A stretch of DNA of 60,438 bases, filler included, from Nemertoderma westbladi (taxonomy: Eukaryota > Animalia > Xenacoelomorpha): NCBI GenBank assembly GCA_032718475.1. It is 3 parts of 3 records of this genome, joined end to end, with 100 filler letters (N's around TTAATTAATTAA, not from the genome) between each part and the next. Parts side by side here need not be neighbours in the genome. Positions count along the whole stretch, not along the records: positions 1 to 28,937 come from JAUCBJ010005646.1; 2 more parts are not named here. One strand, written 5' to 3'. The translations under genes were made by a program, and so were the position numbers. Below are positions 13,491-25,894 of this stretch, one piece after another. The notes beneath the pieces were generated by a model. The model had not been told where the DNA came from and did no database searches. It saw nothing but the letters and a program-made list of their open reading frames with translations. The number at the start of each line of letters is the position of its first letter. Within the stretch, counting starts at the first letter, position 1.

Positions 13491-16400
13491 GTGATTCCTA
13501 TAAAGATTACCGGAACACGAGGGAGCAAGCGTATATACGCTATCCTAGACTCTGCGTCATCGCATAGTTACGTCGACGAACAAGTAGCCAACGTAGTGAC
13601 TGACATGAGTAAAGGTAAGACTGCTCTGTATACTGTAAGCAGCATGTATGGTAAGAGAGCGATTCCTGTGACGAGAGTTAAATTAACTTTAGATACCCTT
13701 CTTTCCAAAGTGGAACACAGCAAGGAGGAGCACTCATTACTTCCGATAAGAAATTTGACCTTTGCAGCTATGATGGACTTTAGTAACTTGCTCGGCCCTG
13801 TGCCAGAGCAATCACCGGAAGATTGTAAGTATTTCCGACACATTGGAATACCGGAATGTCCTGTTAATTATCGCTCAATCGCGATGTTGATTGGGACAGA
13901 CCAGTTTAACTTACATCAGGTATGGGAGACACGCCCATCTGTTATTACAGCGGGCAACCCCTACACATGTAGAACTCCCATAGGTTGGTATACTAGAGCA
14001 CCAGTGCGTTCCCTAGAAGTAAGTGACCAGGAGGACGACATTTTGAGTATGTGTAGTTTACTGACTACTACAATAGATAATTCTCCTTCACATTCCTGTG
14101 GTCCAATTGTACAGACTGTACTACGACAGACTTGCGTCTCTACCACTGATGTAACTGATCTGGACACGACCACACGGACCTCTGACTTAGAGCTACTTGC
14201 AGCGACACAGGTTGTATTGACTACTGAAGACCAAAGGGTTGTTGCTGTGGATGACTCGATGAACGAGGGTTTTGGAAGGCTTGCGAGCCTACCAATAAAT
14301 CCAAAGGTCATTGACCCCACCCACCAGGCTTCGACACTGGTCGTTGATCTTGGAAGGCTTGCGAGCCTACCAACAGATCAAAAGAACTACGTTTCCATGC
14401 CGACTAGTGACACCGGGAGGCTTGCGAGCCTACCAGACACATTGACACTAGCCACCGCAGCGGACAAAGACATAAACGAGGACTATGGCGCAGTGCAAGC
14501 AGCGCTTGTCCAACTGCTAAATGAACGGACCATTAAATGGTTAGAACAGGACTCAGCAGAACCCGGTAGTTATGAGACCGCTATGTCAGAACCGGAAAAA
14601 CGGTCATTAAATATTATGAGAGATACCATTCGCCAGACCGCGAATGGCCACTACGAAGTTGGCATGTTGTGGCGCCATGGACAACTTAAGCTCATTAACA
14701 ACTACCCGCTTGCTTTGAGGCGACTCAAATCAATAAGGCAGTGATTGTTGCGTGATGAGACGGCCCATATGCAATACAATGCGCAACTTCAGACGTATCT
14801 CCAAAAGGGATATGCCATTAGGATGTTAAATCCCGAGGTAACCACAGATCAAACATATTACCTGCCACACCATTTTGTTCGACACCCGGACAAACCTGGC
14901 AAGGTGTGTGTAGTCAACGACTGCGCCGCGCTTTACCAAGGGATGTCTATGAACAGCGAACTGATGAACGGGCCGAATATGAATAATTACCTCATAGGAG
15001 TCCTAATGCATTTTAGACAACGCAAAGTGGCTTTCACCTGTGATGTAGAGGCCATGTTTCACCAGGTTAAGGCTTTGGAGCGGGACAGGGACAGTTTGAG
15101 GTTTCTTTGGTACCCAGACGGAAACTTAGAACTTCCGCCAGAAACTTACCAAATGCAGGTAAGAGTCTTCGGGGCCAGGGATAGCCCTAACTGCACCATG
15201 TACGCATTAAAGCAAACAGCATTGGACAGACGAGACCAATTTGACCCCGAAGTAGCTCGGACAGTAGAACGAGACTTCTATGTGGATGATGGCCTCAAGT
15301 GTTGTGACACTCTGGAGCGTGCTACGACCGTAGCGCATCAACTCCAAGATTGTCTCGCCGAGGGCGGATTTCGCCTCAAGAAGTTCGCTTCCAACGAACC
15401 CGAACTAGTAAACTCATTTGACCCGACGGATCACAGTGGAGGTGACTTGGACTTAGACCTAGAACCTCTACCTACGACCAAGGTATTAGGACTTAGTTGG
15501 GACCCGAACACCGATAACTTTAGGGTGCGTTTAAGGTCCAACGGACAGATTAGACCTCTCACTAAGAGGACTTGCTTATCGATCATGAGTCGATTGTATG
15601 ACCCACTGTGTTGCATTAGTCCAGTGATCCTACACGCCAGGATCATACTCCGCAGCATTTGGCAAGCCAGACTGGAATGGGATGATCCCGTCCCAGAAAA
15701 GTTAGCTGATCAACGGAGGGACTGGGAAGCCCAACTGACGTTCTTACAAGACTATACCATACCGAGGGTATACTTTCCTTTGCAGACCACCTTTCCTGCC
15801 GACTTGGAGCTTCACAGCTTCAGATACGCTAGTAAGGATGGACTGGGGGTTAGTTACCTTATACCTTAGACGACAAGTGACATCTGACAGCTACAATGTG
15901 TCTCTCGTTACTTCTAGGGCTAGAACAATGCCATTGAAGAATATGACTGTACCTCGTGGAGAGCTGCAAGCCGGGACGATATCCACCGATATTGTCAGTT
16001 TAGTTCAATGCGAGCTGGAGGCTAACTTGAAGGTCACGTATTGGACTGATGCGATGTTGGTACTTTGGTACATAAACAACAAAACATTTAAGTTCAAGAC
16101 TTTCGTAGCCAACAGATGGGCTGAAATATTGGACCGGTCGCTCAAACAAGATTGGCGTCACTGTCCAGGGAAACTGAACCCAGCTGACATCGCGTCATGA
16201 GGGATGCTATCTATTGACTTTTGTAAACCGGACAATAAATCCTTTTGGTTTAGAAGACCTGATTTCCTACAACGACCATCGGACAAATGGCCACCGTTAT
16301 TTGACGCGACAACTAACACCATACCGGAGGGTGCCGAGATAAAAATCGACACTGTTATTATACTCCAAAGCGAAAGCCAATGCCAAGGCAAGGTCAAGAG

Positions 16401-18800
16401 GAAACAAGGACGGATGAAATCTGATGACCTGGACGTTAGACCTGACATTACGCCAGACGTCTCACCAGACACTTGACCAGACGTTACTACGAATCTTTCA
16501 CTGGAAGTACCGTGGGAGATTTCACCAGACGTTTCGCCGGATTGTTCACCAGATGTCTCACCAGATTATTCGCCAGAAGCGACACCAGATTGTTTTCCGG
16601 AATATTCGCTAGATTGTTTTATGGAACTCTCGACAGATTGTCTACCGGACGTCTTGCCAGACTTTCCACCAGACATCTCAACAAACTGTCCACTTGACTT
16701 TGGACCAGACATTCTGACAGAAGCTACGCCAGACTTTCTTTGGGACAGATGACAGGACATTTCGCTGGAAGTTCCGCACTATGTCTCACCAGATGTCTCA
16801 CCAGACTGTTTGCCGGACGCCACACCAGACTGTCTACTAGACTTTCCACTAGACCCATTGGAAAGTAACGACGTGTGCTATAAGGACGCAATGAATCCAT
16901 TGGAGCGGACTAGTACACACCCACTAGGTATTAACAACTTACCGAATTTGACTTCCTTGGACAACGAAGGTGTGGGCACAGCGATCACACTCCACTCAAG
17001 GAAAATACTTGACTTACCGTCTACAGGTAAATGTGGGACTAAGGTTAGAAAGCTTACGAGCTCACAGGAACACACTAGTACTGTAGAGTTGAAACCATTA
17101 CTGCCAGTCAATTCACTGAGTGCGGACGGTAAAGGTAAGACCGTGGAGATTAAATTACTTCACGACTCAGACAAACCTATTGTACAAAGGGAGACACTCA
17201 CTGGAAGGCCCATGGGCCTACCAAGTCCGAACAAGTACCCACACTTTGACTATACCTTACCTGATGACGTCACTAACACTTACGTTGACAGGATAGTTAA
17301 CCTAACTAGATCATGGACTGACGCGTGCCGCAAGTTAGCATGGCTCAAACTTTTGGGACAATATGCCAAAGGCAAACGCAACTTTCCTAGAAGACTTACC
17401 TTGGAGGAAGTTGGTCTTTGTGAAGTTGATATTATTAAACATTATCAATTGCGATATTTCGCACGAGAGTTCACAGCGATCAATCAGGGTAAACAGATCA
17501 AGTCTTCACCAATCTTGAGTTGGAGTCCGATATTCTATAGGGGCTTACTTTGTCACAAGTCCAGACTCCAAAACATTGACTTCGCACTAGACTTTAGGTA
17601 TCCTATCATCATACCACAACACCATGAGTTACAGCGCGCTATGATACTGGTCACACATGTACGACTCAAACACGTAGGTAGCCATCACTGTCTATCACAC
17701 TTACGCTCGAGGTTTGTACTGATTAGGCCTAGCAAGGCATTGAGTTTGGTAACACGGAACTGTATGATTTGTAAGAAGGTGCACGTGAGGCTGAGGATAG
17801 GATACCAAGAAATTAGTGAACTACCACTAGCAAGATTACAGGCTTTTAGACCCCCTTTCACTGAGACAGGGATAGACTGTTTTGGACCCATAATCGCGAA
17901 ATGCGGGAGGGTACAGGTAAAACGCTGGGGATTGATCTTCTCTTGCATGGCCAGCAGAGCTGTCCATATTGAGCGTGAGACAGATTTAACCACCAACGTC
18001 TTTATCCTAGCCTTACGGCGATTTATCGCTAGATGTGGATTGGTCAAATCCATTTATTGCGACCAAGGAACTAACTTTGTGGGTGCACGGAATGAAATCA
18101 CCATAGCCTTAAAGAAGTTGGACCAAAACCAGATTTCCGATGAACTACGTCCTCACCTTATTGTCTGGAGCCTTAACACTTCTGACAGTCCGTGGAGAGG
18201 CGGCGTTTGGGTAAGACTGATTGGGTCAATTAAGACGGCTATGGCGAAAGTAATACCGATGCAACGCATCTTGACAGATGACCAACTGACGATGTTGTTA
18301 ATAGAAATTGAAGCGGTTTTGAATACTAGACCAATCGCTTTGATCCCAGACAACAAAGACTCATAGTTTGCCTTGACACCAGCGCACCTACTTATGCAGG
18401 CGCCGACGACATTGTTGCCCACTTCGGTACCTGTCGATGGCGACGGATACAGCAACTAAAGCTTGGAAAATCACTCAGCTGTTAGCCAACAAATTCTGGG
18501 AAATATGGCAGAAGCACTATTTGCCCTCTATTTCGGCCGGACCTCTTGGTATCCTGTGTTAATACCCGATGTTTGAGACGCGGTGACCACGTTTTATTGG
18601 CTGGAACGAATCTGAAAAGACGGTTTTGGCTGACTGGAGTCATTTTGACCACGCACCCTACATCTGGTGTAGTAAGGACAGTTACTATACGGACTATTGA
18701 CGGACGTACCGTAGATAGGCCTGTACAACATCTCGTGCTCCTTGAGGAGACTAGAAACGAGACAGGAGACTACAAATCTCCACCCAATCTTAGTAAATAG
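13491..18800 (+). pseudogene. pol: BEL/Pao pol: aspartic protease, RT, RNase H region, integrase, C-terminal DUF5641-like; disrupted
   Basis: AILDSASSHSY (protease); YYLPHHFV, DVEAMFHQV, FYVDDG (RT); LYDPL, TVPRGEL, YWTDA, WRHCPGKLNPAD; H..H..CMIC, GIDCFGP, YCDQGTNF (integrase); RTVDRPVQHL. Confidence 0.93.
16420..16860 (+). repeat. Degenerate 12-bp tandem repeat (CCAGAC-based, encodes PDxx) between RNase H and integrase
   Basis: Recurrent CCAGAC/CCGGAC at about 12-nt period; translation PDITPDVSPDT...PDATPDC. Confidence 0.7.
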
Positions 18801-19543
18801 AGATGTGGGACCCTTGATGGTCGCCACATAGCCTTACTGTATTTTAGTGATTTAGTATTTTGTATTACTGTATGTACATTTGTATTCCTTTTCACTGTAG
18901 ATAAAGGCAGTAGTGGAATTCCATTGTCTTTATATGTGAACATGGAGGGTAGTACCCTTATGTATCACATAGGAGCGGGGTTGTGTGTACAGTAGGAATG
19001 GAATTCCATTTGGAACCCACAAGTGAGACAATTTTTCAAAAAATTATTAGACAAATCCATTTGGTTGGATTTAAATTTAAGAAAAACGATTCTCCAGTGG
19101 ATGCGAATTCTAGGATACAGCTAGATAAAAATTAAAATTGGGGAGGACAAGAGCGGATGAAAGGCTTGCGAGCCTACCAATAAATTTTTTTGGAAAAGAA
19201 AATCAGCCTCGTTCTACATAGTCATGAGTCTACTATTATTTTAGACCAAATTAATTCTCGACTGCACTATTTTTCTTTGGGAAAGTAGTTTGGGAAATTA
19301 AAAGGTGAGTATTTTAGACTCGCGGCTTGTTTACCCGGAATTCGTTTTTTATCGGCACATTTTTTTGGATTAAGAGCCAGTGCGAAATCACGCGAAACCC
19401 GAAGTCTTAGGCAAATGGGTAGGGGTTTTAGAGCAAAGTTGAGCAAAAGCCAACAAAACTCTAAGTCTCCTCACATCTAACCTCTATTTGTGCTTCATCT
19501 AGTAGAATGTAACGATACATAACCATATATATACGCATATATG

Positions 19544-22500
19544 ATGGCGGAGAAGATTTACAAGGAGTGACGTCAGGGATTTACGCAGCAGCAGGAGCAC
19601 CAGGAACCATTTAATCGTTATGGAGCCAACCAAACTTTAACGTGTTTGGAGTGGAGAGTATGGCTAGGAGTACAGCCAAGCTTGCTAAATCCAAGGCGGA
19701 CCCGAATGTTACGCGACAGCGGTTGGACGCTTATAACAAAAGAGCGGAGGAGCTACGCACGGAGTTCAATGCGTTGTACTCCTATGATGTGTTATGCGAC
19801 GCTAGTGACATTTGTGAGGATCCAGACATGGAGATACGCCGATTATATCACACGCTGCAATATTTGACGGCGAGTGAACCCTTGCCTGCAGCTAGGGACG
19901 AATTCGATGGAATGCATCTTTATAGATGCGCTCGAGGAGTGGATCCAGAGACCAAGGATGCGTTCTCCATTTATAAACTGTTCTATAAATGTGGAGGATG
20001 TATGCGTGAGCAAGACAATGCGATTCCTATGCGCTTGAACTCGGAGAACCCCGAGTTGATATTAGCACGATGTTCATACCACCAAAGTCTGCGTTACCAA
20101 GAAGGCGGATACCCTTTGACGAATCCATACCATTCGTTTAAGATGAGTGGACCAAATACAGGCGAAATTGTTATTTATGAACCCAAATTAGTCGAATCAG
20201 ACGTCTATAGTATGATAGTGGACGAGTCTAATAAGTCGACACAAGAGAAATGGGAAGCTTTGAGCCTCTATAGGGCGTACAAAGCGTACGAGAAAGGCGA
20301 GATCGAGGAGTTCGGCGGAAGGCTCGCAAGCCTACCATTTTATTGGATATCCTACGATCAAACTGAACCTAAGGAGATGACACCCGAACTCTTCGATAGT
20401 ATCACCTTTGCTCAGCGTTTGTCGCAGAGACTAAAGATACCTCATGTCGAGATGATGCGAGAACCTCAGCCCCATCCTAAAGCGGTAGTACCAGTCGCGA
20501 GACCAACCAGCTTTCCTATTAGTATACCAACCCGAGAGGAGACAACTTACGAGATTCCCATAGTTGAACACCCAGAGATCATTTCGAACCTGGATTTCCT
20601 CCCATCGGTTACGTTTGGTGATGTGTTAGAGGCAGCGGAGTTGCGTAGAACAATAGTTCAGAAAATCGTACGCAACGTGCCTCCACATATTACAGACTTT
20701 AAGGAAGTGGATCGCGCGGGGACGGATATCGCTCCTTATATCTTGCGAGGATATCTAGCGAAAACGATTCGATTATGGATCGGAGTCGGCACATTCGAAA
20801 CCGACACCGACATTGCGATCAATTGGAAGGGGAAACCTATTAGTTTCGATGACGAAAAGTCCATAGGGAGAATTTTGAACCCTACTGACGATTTACTCGA
20901 CGATTGGGACGCGACGAGTCGATCTCTGCAGGAGAACGGTTATATGTTTTATGATAATGAAGGAGGAAGCCATCAGCAGAGCCTCACTTCAAAGACCATA
21001 CAGATTCGAGCACCTGACGGAGTGCTACACGTCTTCAGCCGACAGAGGAGCGATAGAAAGATGCCTATGCCGGAAGGAACGACGCAAAGACATGCGATGA
21101 TAAAACAGATAATTAAATCCATGGACCTGGCTTGTAGCATAGAAGCTAGGATGTTGCCAAAGGCCGTGCGTGACGTTATACTTGATAAGAGTATCGTCAA
21201 GATCGGATCCGGTGTACGGGAGGACCTTATTAGCGATTTTGCGGGAATGCCCGAGGAGGATCGATTGCCTACGCCTTACATGGATACTAGACCATTGTTG
21301 CTTTGGGCTATCGAGCAAGGATATTTCAGGGAGTATAACACGCTAAAAACTGGAACGGGTTATATCTCATATCTTATGTTCAGTTGGGACTATAAAGAGA
21401 GTAAGAGGAGCAAATACACGGATGTATATGGTGAGGGAGATACCCCTGGCGTAAACGAGTTTGAGTCACAGTTGAAGTGGGAGGTTGCGTGTATTGGGCG
21501 ATTACCTCACCTCCACGAATAATCTTGCAATACTATTTGGCGATTGAATCTTCGGTGAACGTATGCTTCATCGCCGATGTAGTGTCTAGGACTCTAAAGC
21601 GACATCCATTATGTCTCGGTGAAGGATATACCATTTACGACGGAGGAAGGATGCATACTGATGTATTCCGCCGATTTCTCCAACCCTTTTATAACACTGA
21701 TGCGCACTGCGAAGTTTTCACCCGAGCAGGACTTAGCATTTTTAGGGACGTTTATCTCACTCACGCAGGAAGCCTAGTCGACAGACCGTCGATGTTGACG
21801 TTAATACCCTACGACAGGGAACGCCACGCGGAGTTCAAAGGCCCGGAAGGATCCTGGAAGGCTCGCTTGCCTACCGCCCATCATGACGATGAGGATCCGA
21901 CCGAGTCCGCGTTAATAGACGAGCCGTTGCGGCAACTTATAGAAATAGAGGAGAACCTTCCGAGGAAGATGCGAACCAAGATACGTGAATTAGAGAAAAC
22001 GACGCCATGGTTTGTGTACAACCTACGGAGACGAACGTACCGACTGACCCGGATGATGAGAATTATCACATGGACGGTAGCGCTCGCCCCATCGGAGATC
22101 TCATCTATGAGCGAGTTTGGTATCCTGCCAACACCATTTGTGGTAGATGCGGGGCTACTGGCCATCACGCAAAGAAATGTGGAGCGAAACACATATTTCT
22201 ACCAGATTTAGTATGCAACTGGTATGGGGATCAACGTTCACACACTTTCTACACCTGTTGGAGTTTCGTGGCTCAGTGCACATATTGCAAATTAAAGGTC
22301 ATAGGGCATCCGAGTGCCAACTTAGGGACGTTCCCTATGAGCATAAGTCAGTTAAGATTATTCGACAGCTATTCGACCATTGGGAGAATCTAGCAGACAA
22401 ACATGTGTCGATGCAGCGACGCTGTTTCCCCATGAGAGCGCATTTGGGATTTTGGGCCGTAAACCCTCTCATTATGTCGAAGGAAGGATACGTGTCAGCT

Positions 22501-22818
22501 ATGCCTCAATACGATGAACTTTTAGAGGTGCTAGATATATTGCCGTTGGATAGCGGTTTCAAGGTTGTTAGGGACTACTTCCTACAGGTACACCCTGACA
22601 ATAAGAACACATGGAGTTTTCAGACTGTGGTGAACAAGATTACCGCCGGAGAGTTCGATAAATTGCGAGTCGAACAGCGGAATCGAGGAGTCTGGCATTC
22701 GATAGCTTGGGCATACCGGAGCGCATTTTATCACAAACGCGTAACCTCATGTATCTTAGATGAGGTGGACGTTTTGCGTGAGACTGGCTTCAAAGCCACG
22801 CCGTTAGCCAAAAGGTAA
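19544..22818 (+). pseudogene. Family A accessory ORF3: N-terminal unknown region, DEDDy 3'-5' exonuclease-like domain, 3 CCHC zinc knuckles, conserved C-terminal tail; frameshifted
   Basis: GYMFYDNEG (ExoI), LPKAVRDVILDKSIVKIGSGVREDL (ExoII), YMDTR, QYYLAIE (ExoIII-like); CGRCGATGHHAKKC, CNWY..H...C, CTYCKLKGHRASEC. Confidence 0.75.
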
Positions 22819-22990
22819 ATTTGTATTTTGTATATATGTATGATAGATCGTACCTGCAATATTAAGTATGCAATAGATAGACAGTGATTATTTTGTATTT
22901 TAGGCCCACTATTAGACCTAAGAGATATTTAGTCAATTGTTTGTATTTCGATTGGTGAAAACAATCTTACTTACTGTTTTCAAGGAGCGG

Positions 22991-23554
22991 TGATGGATTA
23001 TTTCACTGTCAAGTAGCATTTGTAGTGTAACGTAAAAACTTTCTAAAACCCGACGTATTTTGATTTAATTACAGTAATGTAATATGCCTACTCATATTGG
23101 TACACATTAATTCATAGATGACTCTATTGGCGCAGTGGTCAGATGGTTAAGGCGTTGGTTACATTACAGGTAGGTTACGAGTTCGAATCCCAGTCGGGAA
23201 ATTTGCATTTTTGGGCTATTTATTTTCGATCTGATTGATTAGATAAGCCAATGAGGTGCGTACAACATGTGGAATGATGAGTTGGGCCAATCATAGGGCA
23301 TATAACATCTTATTGCTCCAATGTGAGGCCATGAATGCTCTGGAAGGTTCTAGTGAATTCTATGTCATTGATTTGCTATATAAGGGCCGGTTTGCCTTCA
23401 GTTATCACCTCACTTATCACCATTATGTTATCTTAGATTATCACCCTTTAATCTGTTAACTTTGTTTCGAATTCTTTTGTAAATTACATAAATATACTGT
23501 AAACTTTGAACATGTATATTTTGTCTTGTCCACCATTGGGACAGCCAAACATTT
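22991..23554 (+). repeat. Family A LTR (3' boundary approximate)
   Basis: PPT at 22982-22990, TGATGG start, homologous to 4205-4904 but with one rather than two copies of the CCAAT-box unit. Confidence 0.75.
23122..23200 (+). ncRNA. tRNA-derived Pol III A/B-box cassette in the second family A LTR
   Basis: TGGCGCAGTGGTCAGATGGTTAAGGCG...GAGTTCGAATCCCAGTCGGGAA at the same LTR position as 4690-4768. Confidence 0.7.
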
Positions 23555-24754
23555 GGGAGATGGCTGCTTAAACCATTAGGCCGTCAGCAACGCAGGGAGA
23601 AGATGTCCAAAACACGCTAAGCGCCCGCATTAGATTAGCCCGCGCGCCCCCTTCGCCCCCCTTCGAAATACTCCACCTTGCCATGCAGCACCCGTTTCAG
23701 AGGAAGGTAAGACTTTGTTTGACGCCCTTGCCTGCCGTAAGACCTATAGATCAGGGTAAGCGTGACGCCATCCTGGGACGCCGCAAAATTTAGGATCAAA
23801 TAGCTCAGATTCAGGCAGAACCCGTACTAAAAATCCCCGGATTAACCTGTATTCCCTACAGGTGTGAACTATTGCTGTTCTTCAGTACGCAAGTACACTT
23901 TAGGTACAGACAGCATATGTTCCATAATTTAGTGATTTGTAGTACTGACAGTTTGGTACCGGTTCACTTTGTAGCTTATACATTAGTACCCACCCCCCTG
24001 CTTGAGCCCGCGTTACTTGATCAGGCAAGGAGTATTTCTGCTACTGGCACATCCTTGGCCTAGGGAGGTTTTATTAATATCCTACCTCGCCTTGCCACGT
24101 ACTGATAGGTATTGCTGCTAACCACCGCAGCAACAAAATTCTAGAATCAAATTTGTATACCAGATCAGCTAACGTACGGTAGCAATTACCAACTATTTCT
24201 TATCTTACAACCAGAATCTGGTATTTGTGCCGATCACGGGTGTAGTTACTAACACCGTAATTGCCCGGTTGAGTTGTGGATAGGAAGGAGAGAGCTTTGA
24301 TGTCATTTTGTAAGTATTAAGCCCTACAGAGCGCGACTAGCTTATTTTCGTAGCTAGCGCCGGTATTGTTTTGGTCAAAATTCACTAAAACCTAGTACAA
24401 TTGAGTACACCAAAATTGTTTTATTTGTAACACACCCACACACACACGCCCTAAAACATATATGCCCTTAGAGCTCTACTAGTTATTACCTACTTTAGAT
24501 TACTTCAGTAAGGATCTACGGCAGTTTTACTATTTGTAGTTTGTAAATTTAGGAGATATGATATTTAGTTTATGGCAAGAGGAGTATTTACTTATTAGAC
24601 TGTTTTTTCTGCCGACAGTATTGTTACTTTAGGCACGACCCCCTTTTGACTGATTTAGTACAGTCAGTATTGTTACGCTAGTCTGTTAATCCACTAGCTC
24701 GTATATAAACCATATAAATCACACTGCGGCAAGTTTACAGTATTTGGGTCCGTT

Positions 24755-24787
<33 letters not shown>

Positions 24788-25894
24788 GGTCCGTTAGTGA
24801 TAATTAGGATTCGCTGCGCGGGGATTGTTTCCTCGTGAGTTTGGTCTGTCACCGTAGACTGTACATCTGCCTCACCGGTTAGAGGACAGGTACCGGTATC
24901 CTGTTTTGTCTAGTTCGCCGGGCATTTGACTCGCCCACGTATTAGAATCTGTTCCTCGCCAGTAGTAGTTCGCGTATTTAGTATCTGTTTATTTAGACAT
25001 CCTGGACTGGGATTTATTGTCAGATACTGTACGAGCCCGTATACACTACTAGATTTTACAGTAAGATACATCATTACTAGGATCCAGTAAGCGGTATACT
25101 ACTGGACTTTTCAGTACTATTTTGTATTTTTTTGTACTTTTTTGTACAGATTCGTCGGACCCATTTTATATTATAAGTTTTAACGAAGTTGTTATTTCTG
25201 CTGCAAATTGCGCAGAGCAGCTAAGAAAACTTTATATATTTGTTTTAGATTTTTACTTTAGACTTCATTTTTACTTCACCAACCCACTCGTATTCGATAA
25301 AGGTAGGCCTACCAGGACTGGTTGATAGAATCCCAAAAGCAGTACTGCAGTTGGTGCTTGTACAGGTAGTTTCCTTGAAACAAAACCTCGGTTTATTCGA
25401 GGATTAAACGCGGAATTCCGCAACAACTCGAGCAAGGTGCTCGTTATTATAATGCTTGTAAACAGTGCAGTGTACTGATACAATGGGACTTCCATCATTA
25501 CCAGTACAGTCAGACTCTCCGATCTCGATTCTCTGCCACTTATTTCTATCTTGTCCATTATAGTAAATAATCCCTGTATCAGAATAATTGAGGTAATGTG
25601 TTTTATTTTAGTTTCCTTATCCAAAATGGCCAGATAATCATGTTTGTTTGAGCTAACCGCATCCAGCACCACTTGTCCAGTTCGGCGTGGTCTGATATTC
25701 TGTATAAAACGCACTCCAGATTCTCAATTGCAGAATTGGGTAATCGATTCGTTCTTTGCCTGTAGTAAGCGATTTATTAGGTCTGCTGTCTGTCTACTTG
25801 CGTTACTCATTGTATCAAACCACAATCATCAAGCGATGCACCGATCAGCCGAGGCGGTACTCTGTGGTGCAGAGCAGTATATAGGCCCTTACTG

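Larger units (their letters stand above)
7920..25115 (+). mobile_element. BEL/Pao LTR retrotransposon family A, near full length: leader-gag-pol-accessory ORF-LTR-leader
   Basis: BEL domain order gag (DUF1759-like, CCHC)-protease-RT-RNase H-integrase. PPT AAGGAGCGG precedes TG at 22991. Confidence 0.92.

Noticed and set aside
14274-14434. Three palindromic repeats with ~43-58-nt spacers, CRISPR-like
   Set aside because: Spacing is irregular, copies lie in frame within pol and are scattered across the element; kept as a dispersed-motif finding instead.
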